Both the position numbers and the translations under genes were made by a program. Source: a virus. From it: 64,000 nucleotides of DNA. The notes beneath the pieces are model-generated. The model was not told the DNA's origin. It ran no database searches and was given only the letters and a program-made list of their open reading frames with translations. The stretch lies in the IMG/VR virus record IMGVR_UViG_3300037493_004064, positions 1-64,000 of that record; one strand, written 5' to 3'. Every line of letters begins with the position of its first letter. Position 1 is the stretch's first letter. Below are positions 42,001 to 51,000 of the stretch, piece after piece.

Positions 42001-45000
42001 GGTTCCGACCACGTGACTATCTGGCAGTGGCTGATCTAACTGATATTACACAGATCAATGTTTACAGAAACATGATCAAGAACAAGGGCACCAGAAATGC
42101 CGTGAATGCCTTTAAGGGTGCCACGCTGTCACAAGGTGGTATTGACTATAACATCTATGAAAACTGGGCCATTAAATCTGCTGAATACGGCGGCACCCTC
42201 AATAGCAACTTCATTGAACTACGATTGAATGAAGGTGACCTTACTGGTAATCCAAGTATTGTTGGGCTGACCCGTGGCACTCCAACTGTTGGTGTCCAAC
42301 AAGAAGTTCAAACATATTCACTGTTCAACTACGGCAGAGCAATCACCTCCCCTGATGTTCTACCACTGCTTGATAGTAATACACCATCAACACTTTACCC
42401 GGACGCAGGATATGCCAACTTCAATGATGTGAAGATGTCATCTTACTTCTACTCTGGTATGTCAACGGCGGTTGATTCCTCAGGAGTCATTGTTCCTTTG
42501 AACGAACTGTATGTCAGAGATTATGTGTGGATTGCCAATCAGTTAGGCACCTGGCAGACATATACTCCGGTATCACTGGGTCAGATTACGAATGCCGCTA
42601 ACAATCGCAATGGCACAGTAACAATAACCTTCAATCAACTACATGGTTTGACCAAGTATCAGTCCCTGGCTATTACTAACTTCAATGCCGATGTTGACGG
42701 TTACTATATTGCCACAACTATCGTTGACCCGTTCAGAATCACTATCAATCTGATGCTGAATCCTACGATTGCTAATATCAGCGGTATCGGTATCGGGTTC
42801 CGTTTCCAATCTCAGCGGGTAGATCAACCAAGCGACATCATCAACCTGCCACTGCTTGATAGTGAATTCACCAAGAACACTGTATGGGTTGACACTAATA
42901 CCGACGGTGAGTGGGCCGTATATCGCAAAGGCATCAACTACACTCATGCCCCTGAAATCACAAAAGACGGTTCACTGTCCTTTGGATCAGCAGTGGCATA
43001 CACCGACGCATTGGGCTATCTGATTGGTGATGCTGACGCCGGAGTAGCATACAGATACATCTACAATGCTCTCAGTAAGGACTATGTGTTGAATCAGACC
43101 ATCACCAATGGTGTATCGTTCGGCTCCACTATATCTCATGCCGATAACATCTTTGTTGTATCGCAACCAACTGGCACTTTTTACACAGACAGAAAAGTTT
43201 ATGTGTATGAACTGGTCACTACTATTCTTACCAATGAACTTCAATTGATACAAACTATAGTGGCACCAAGTGATGGCATAACATCCTGGGCCAGCGCCAC
43301 TACTATATCAGGTGATAAGAATTGGCTGTATGTATCTGATATTGCCAATAATATAGTTTATGTATATCAGTGGTCTCCTGTAACTTCTCAATATGAATAC
43401 GCCACTATCATAAATGGTTGGGATTACATTGTCACTGGAGCCGACGATCACTTCAGTTACTCTCTGTCAACTGATTACTATGGTGATACGTTGGTTGTCG
43501 GCGCACCTGATCAAAACTATGGTCCGCTTGAGAATTGGGGTTATTCTTATGTATTCGTTCGAGGCACTCAAAACTGGGAAGCAACTTATACCAGCTTATC
43601 TGCACAACAACAGTTGTTCACTTCGGCATGGACTATATCTCCTGGCACATCTACTAACGTTGTGTCAACCTCAGCAATAACAAATTATCTGACAACCTTT
43701 GTGGGTGATGAGCCTTTGGATCCGGGACAAGTCGGAGATCCGGTAATATTCTCCGGTTCATTATTCGGTAACCTTTCTCCAAATGTCGTCTATTATATTC
43801 AGTCGGTAGTTGGCGATCATACTTTTACAATTTCTACTTCTCGTGGCGGAGCAGTAATGCCTCTGCTAACTGGCTCCGGTTCAATGACATGTAACTTCCA
43901 AACTCCATTGTATGTAAGTGTAAACGGAACTCTTGTGGATGACAGCAACTATGCCGCGATCGGCACTTCTTTGGTGTATGTCGGTGGACTATCTGCTGGT
44001 GACATTGTAAACGTCGGATCGTCTGATTTTATTCTGGAACAGACACTAACCACTGAAACAACACCGAGAATCGGCGTGAAGTTTGGTAACTCAAATGACA
44101 CCACAAGATATGCCAGCGAAATTATAGTTGGCGCTCCGTTTGAACTTGACACGCAACAGATTGAAGGTGCCGTGTTCAGATTCACTAATGCCGGATGCAA
44201 ATACGGTATGATCATCGGAACCGAAGACTGCATCATCGCTTCTCCTGTGACTATTCTGCTAAACGGGTATGCTGTCACTCTACCAGTCGGTGATGCCACA
44301 ACAGCAGCGGCTGCAATAAATGGTGCCGGTATTACAAATATTCAGGCAGCAGCAGCCAGCAACAAACTGATCATTCAATTGATCAATCAGTCACTGGCTA
44401 TTCCGAACAATAAACTTACGCTGACTGCAAATGACTCCGGAGTTCTACCTCAAACTGGTATTCAAGTATACACTCAAACTCAGTTGATCATGGCTCCTCA
44501 TACAGAGAAAACATGTCAGTTCGGTTCCACAGTTAAGTTTAATGAATTCGGTTCATTTGTGGCGTCTGCACCGTCTGGAACCCGATATGAAGCAACAACG
44601 TTTGACTTCACTGATGATGAAAACGATAACGATACGGTGTTTGACAACAACACAACTCAGTGGGTTGACACATTTGCCAACGCCGGTGCTGTATACATGT
44701 TTGATTACCTTGGTAACTATGATGAAAGTCTGTCAAATATTGGTAACTTTGTATATGCACAAAGCGTCAATGATACCAATGTTGAGTATGGTGCTCAGCC
44801 AATGTATGGGCATGCTCTTGCCTTTAACAACAATGTAGTCATAGTCGGCACTCCGGGATTCAATCCAGGCTTTGTGAACGGTCAAGTAACTAAATATACC
44901 ACTACTCTCGGAACAGATTGGTCGGTTCATAGACAATCAGGGCCTATAGTTGATGTGGATCGTATACAGGACATTCAGTTGTTCAGTGCGCTTACTAATA

Positions 45001-48000
45001 CCACACTGGACAATCTTGACTTTATGGATCCGCTGCAGGGTAAGTTACTCGGTGCCATCAGAGAAAATATTGATGTCGTTTCAAATGTTGACCCTGCTGG
45101 ATATTCACGTGGTGGATTGGTGTGGGGTTCAGACAAAGTTGGACAACTTTGGTTTGACACCACGAATACTCGCTTTGTGAACTATCACCAAGATGATGTA
45201 GTTTACGACAGTAGATATTGGGGAACATTGTTCCCTGGTAGCAATGTATCCATCTATAGCTGGGTTGTAAGTAATTATCTACCAAGTCAATATCCGGGAC
45301 CTGGTGCGCCGTATGACATCAACTCATACACCACAGAACAGATTCTAAATCCTGCAGGCGTATTAGTGCCGCAATACTTCTATTGGGTGCGTAACACAAA
45401 TGTGGTGTTCACCGCAATTGGAAAAACTCTTTCTGATACCGTGCTTGAGTCATACATTACCTACCCACAGAACACCGGTATAAGTTACTTTGCTCCTGTG
45501 CGTCAGAATGTGTTTGCCATGTATAACTCCAGTGAGAATATAAACGCCAATGATTCGGTACTTCACATTGGGTATCTAACAGGAAGCAATGATGATGTAT
45601 CACATTCATTATTCAACCTGATCAGAACTGATTATGCCGATGACTTCTTGCCAGGACTACCGAATACATCATCTATTGCTATACCAGAATCTTTGTATAA
45701 TAAGATGCTTGATAGCATGTGTGGTGTTGATGATGCAGGCTCAGTAGTTCCTGATCCGTATCTGCCTTTGATGGTTCAAACCGGTATTCAATCGCGTCCT
45801 CGTCAAAGTTTCTTCTTCAACCGATTCGGTGCTTTGAAAAACTATCTGACGTATGCAAATGAAGTACTGGCACAGTATCCTATTGCTGAATCTCGCCCGG
45901 CATTCTTCCTTAAGACAGTCGGAGATGTGAACCCGTCTACTCTTAGCAATCCTGCATGGATTGGCGCTTCAGAGATATTCTTTGATACCATGAAATATTG
46001 GGAGTTCATCAACTGGTGGGCACCTGGGTATGATGACAACACCAAGGCGGCAATCCAGGTTCCTGTGTATGCTGATTTATTTGCTATAAACGCAGCAGTC
46101 GGACTAATCGTATCTGTCCAGACTAATGGTGTTGGCAAGTCCGAGACATATGTGTATACTTCCCTTGGAACATGGGAAAGAATAGGTCTGCAAAGCGGGA
46201 CGATTGCCTTCAAGGCTGCACTTTGGGATTATGAAACATACCGTCTTGGTTTTGGAGATAACTTCTTTGATACTTCGGTGTTTGATCTTTACCCGTCAGA
46301 GGAAACCCGTCAAATTATTCGTGCGCTGAATGAAGAAATATATTCTAATGAATTGCTCATTCACCGTAATAAGAGCCTGGTCCTGTTGTTTGAGTATATT
46401 CAGAGTGAGACCGGTGAAACTCAAAACTATCTTCCATGGTTGAACAAGACATCCTTAATTGATGTTGACCATACGATTCGTGAACTGCTTCCTATATCCG
46501 TTTTCCAATCAGATAATCAAGAATTCCTCACTGGGTATCTCAATGAGACTAAACCATATCACGTGGTAATCAAGGAATTTGTGTTCAAGTACACTGGATC
46601 AGAAGTTTACGGTGGAAACATCTCCGACTTTGATATCCCTGCTCAATGGACACCGTCTTTAAACCAGTTCATCTCTCCTGAATTAGTTTACTCAAACGCC
46701 AGTGGTGAAAGTGAGTATGTTCTCGGCGATCCAATCTGGCAAACGCAACCATATGCTGCCTGGTATCAAAACCGTGGCGTAAGTCTGACTGGTATTGACA
46801 ATTATCAGATAACTTTCACCACTTCATATATTGCATTGAATTCAACCTCATTCGCAGTCAACAATCCATTTGGTTTCCCAGTATCTGGTGTTGTCAGAAT
46901 TGGTACAGAGTTGATTGGCTACTCAAACGTGAACAAGTCACTGAGTACCCTTAATGGTCTGACACGCGGCGCAAACGGTACTGACATTTCTACACATCTT
47001 CCGGATGAGCAGGTATACATTGATCTACCGGCGGTGTTGTTGCTTGATGCTGGAAGAGCGTATGGTAACCCACCAAGAATTACAGCAGTCATAGACACTA
47101 CTCTTTATCCACCGCCTATTCGTGAGGCAGTATTAGTTCCGGTGATGAGCCTTGATACTATTCAGAGTGTCACTGTGGTTGATCCTGGTGAGGGATATAT
47201 GGTTCTGCCTGATATCGTCATTGAACCATCTATTGTAGTTACATTTGCATCAACAAGTGTGAATACTCTGACAAGCACCATTGAACTTTCAATGCCATTG
47301 CTTGTCACTGGTGATCTAATCAAGTTCAACGCAGTAGTTGGCACCACGGTACCAGGTGGAATTGATGATAATCAATACTACTACGTTGGTGTATTACAAA
47401 CAGTGCCAACTTTCATTGTGGCACTATACACAAACTATTCAAACTCTCTCACTGATACCGACAGAGTATCCATTTACTCTACTGGCGCCGGTGATAGTTA
47501 TCTTAATGTTACTGCCCGGGCATCATGTGTTTCTACTGCTTCTCCGATAAGAGAAAATCAGATATCCATCAAGTTTGACCGTACGAGTTATGGGTCAAAG
47601 GTCGTAGACTGGAAAGAGTCAGCATTCTATGGGTCATTCTTCGCAGGCGACTATGGTAGCGGACCGATACTGGCAAGTTCATCCCTGTTACTTGACAGTG
47701 AGTTCCCGGTCATTGATTCGGTATTGGCCAGTGCCACTGGCGCTGCATTTGAGTTAGAATCCTTTCGCGGAACAGACACGCTGACATGGTCAGGCCGAAC
47801 CAGAAACGTAATATCTACCTCCGCTACTGGAAACACAGTAACTATTATCCCATCTGATGGCGGTGCAGAGGTGACGCCATTATTTGGACCAACCCTCGGG
47901 TTCTACGTTGGTATGCCAGTCCGTTTTGACGGGGCAGTTGGAACCTCGGGACTTGTGAACGAAACTATTTACTATGTAGATTCCATTATCAACGACACTG

Positions 48001-51000
48001 ACTTCACTCTTGTAGATGGCAATGGTGTTCCAGTGGTGCTATCTGACTTGACAATAAGCGTGGCTGGATTGCTATGCTATATTGGCCAAGTTGTATACAG
48101 AACGTTCGTGACCATTGATTATCCTGGTATTTCAACGGTAACTAACTCTGCTGCCATCACCAACTATCTTACAATCCCGATGACTCCGAGTGGTAACGCC
48201 GGAACCACTGGGTTCTATCCAGGACTACCGATCTTCTTTGTCGGAACAATGATAGGTGGCATCATTGAAAATGAGCCATACTATATTACAACGGTTGTTG
48301 ATAATCAGACCATCACCGTCTCAAAGAGTGCTGCGCCAACAATACTTAACATTACCTCAGTTAACTCCGGTACAAGTCAGGTTACTGGTGACGGCACATG
48401 GGCACTGACAGTCGGTGATCCAGTCATCTTCAATGATATGGTTTCATTCGGTGTTCCTGCGAATGTGTTCGGGAATATCGTTTCGGGTGTCACCTATTAT
48501 ATTCATTCCATTGATGATTACAATCTTTTCACCTTAATGACCGTTCCTTACGGAGCAGTATTTGACCCGGGTAATGACACAGGATCATGTCACATGACTA
48601 ATCAGAGAGATGTCGTTCAACTCACCACTGACAGTGGAGCCATGACAATTAATGTTGGTCTGCCGATTAGCCCAGGACAAGTCAACGGCCAGTTGGTCTC
48701 ATTCTACCCAACATCAGCACAAAAACCAGGTCTGTCTCCATCATCAATAGGTAATCTGGTGACGAGTATTGTTCGTGCTGCTGTTTACCAGGATACTGAC
48801 GGTAATGATGTAAATCAACTGTCTATCTGGGCTGACAGCAGATGGTTATCAGACACGTATATCAATATGCCGGTGAGTTTATTGGATACTTACGGTGGAT
48901 TGACAGCCGGTGTCACTTATTACGTTTCAGAGATTGGCACTGTAAACACAATAGTTACCGCAACTGGCCCAACTGGCTTCACCTGCAATAGTACCGCTGG
49001 GTTCTATGATGGGATGCCAGTCACCTTTAGCGGATCATCATTGGGTGGCACTCAGTTAAATATTACCTATTACGTTGATACCACCATACCTCTTACTCAG
49101 ACTACGTTCAACGTACTTGGGTTCACCCCGTCCGTTGCATCTGGACTGACAACTATGACGGCCACAGGAGAAGCATACATTAAGGTAACAGATTTAATCG
49201 GCAACCCTGTGCTGACTCTATCGGATGATACGGCGCAGACGACTGTTACGCAAGTTGCTGACCCAGCATCCGCAGCACGATTCGACGTAAGCTGGATTCG
49301 CGGTGGATATCGCACAATGATAACCAATGGTGGAACAGGATTCGCTGTCGGCAATACCCTAACAATACCTGGCACTGACTTAGACGGCGTATCTCCTGAT
49401 AATGATCTGGTGCTCACAGTAAATAACATAAGCGTCATAGTAAATGCTACTGCGTCTACTGCTACTGGAAACATAATAACATGTAACACTACTACTGGGT
49501 TGGCCAATAATGATCCAGTGGTATTCAGCGGAACATCATTCGGTACAATTGTACCAGGACAAATATACTACGTCACCGTAGTAAATGGAGTTTCTATAAC
49601 CATATCAGAAACATATGGCGGGCTAACCCTTCCGTTGACAGATGATACAGGATATATGACTGTGACTGACACCGGTGTTGGTGAGTTGTACATGGCTGCT
49701 GCATCAGGAACACCAGACGAAATCGTCACCCAATACTACTTAAAGGTAGTGGCAGCAACTGAGTGCGAAATTTTCACTGACCCATTGATGACACAACCAG
49801 TGAACGTGGCATCTTTCATATACAAGGGCATTACATCTGCTACGTTAGTTAGCACTACGGCGCCATTTACCTTGTCCTTCACTGATCTTAGTGGATTCAG
49901 CGACAATGATCCGATCTTGTTTACAGGAGATGTATTCGGTGGAATAGAAGTCGGAAAAGTTTATTACATATACAACATAAACCATGGTCTGAACACCCTA
50001 AATATACTTACATCTATCAACACCCCTGGTTCAATAGTTGCGGTATCAGATGATATCGGCTCATGCACCATGGCTAAGGTAGGTGACTACATTGTTCTCC
50101 CTGAACCGTTCTACTTTGATCAGAGCATTGTCAGATATAATCATCAACTTTATCAATGTATCATCAGCAATAATGACCCGACGTTTGTCTTTGGTAAGTG
50201 GGAACTTCTACTGAGTGAGAACATAAAGATCAACGCCTTGGATCGTATATTTGGTTACTATCAGCCAACGGTGAATATGCCAGGGCTTGACTTCACACAA
50301 CTGGTCAACGGTGTCACGTATCCTAACGGCACATACTATGGTAATGCGTTTGATCCTAATGATGAATTTACTCTGGATACGATCCTGCAGGACCAACCGT
50401 TCACCACGTTGGGATCCGCTGAGTATGTTATTCAAGGCGACACGTTCACATCTGGTTATGGACCGGAAGAACTTGTTCCTGGGGTAATCAGTGATAACCT
50501 GTCTATGGTTGTGACTACACGACCAGGAACAAGTTGGTCTGCACAACAATATGCACATGTAGGGTACAACGTTGTATCCAATGAACTGGTTCCGACTACA
50601 GCATTGCAAACTTCATATAGTTTTGTTAATGTTGTTCAGGTTCCTGCTCAGGTTTCGCTTGCCATCATCAATCGTGCCACCGGTCTTGCAACCTCGCTCT
50701 ACTCCATGGATTACTCAGTAGACTGGATCAATAAGATCGTCGTGCTGAACACTCCATTGACGTATGGTGCAGAAAGTCTACGTCTTGATGTGTATGAAGT
50801 GGGCAACGGTGATCAACTTGAAAAGTCAAACACCCAGATTGATCCACTAATGATTAACACTCTAACTGGCTTCAATGAAGTTGTGCTGAACTGTAACTAT
50901 TCTGCACCTATAGCCGCTGGGTCCGGAGTAATCATGCCGGGGTCAGATCCAATTCAAGTGTTGGCAACTGCGACTGATGCAAGCCCGGACAACACCATTA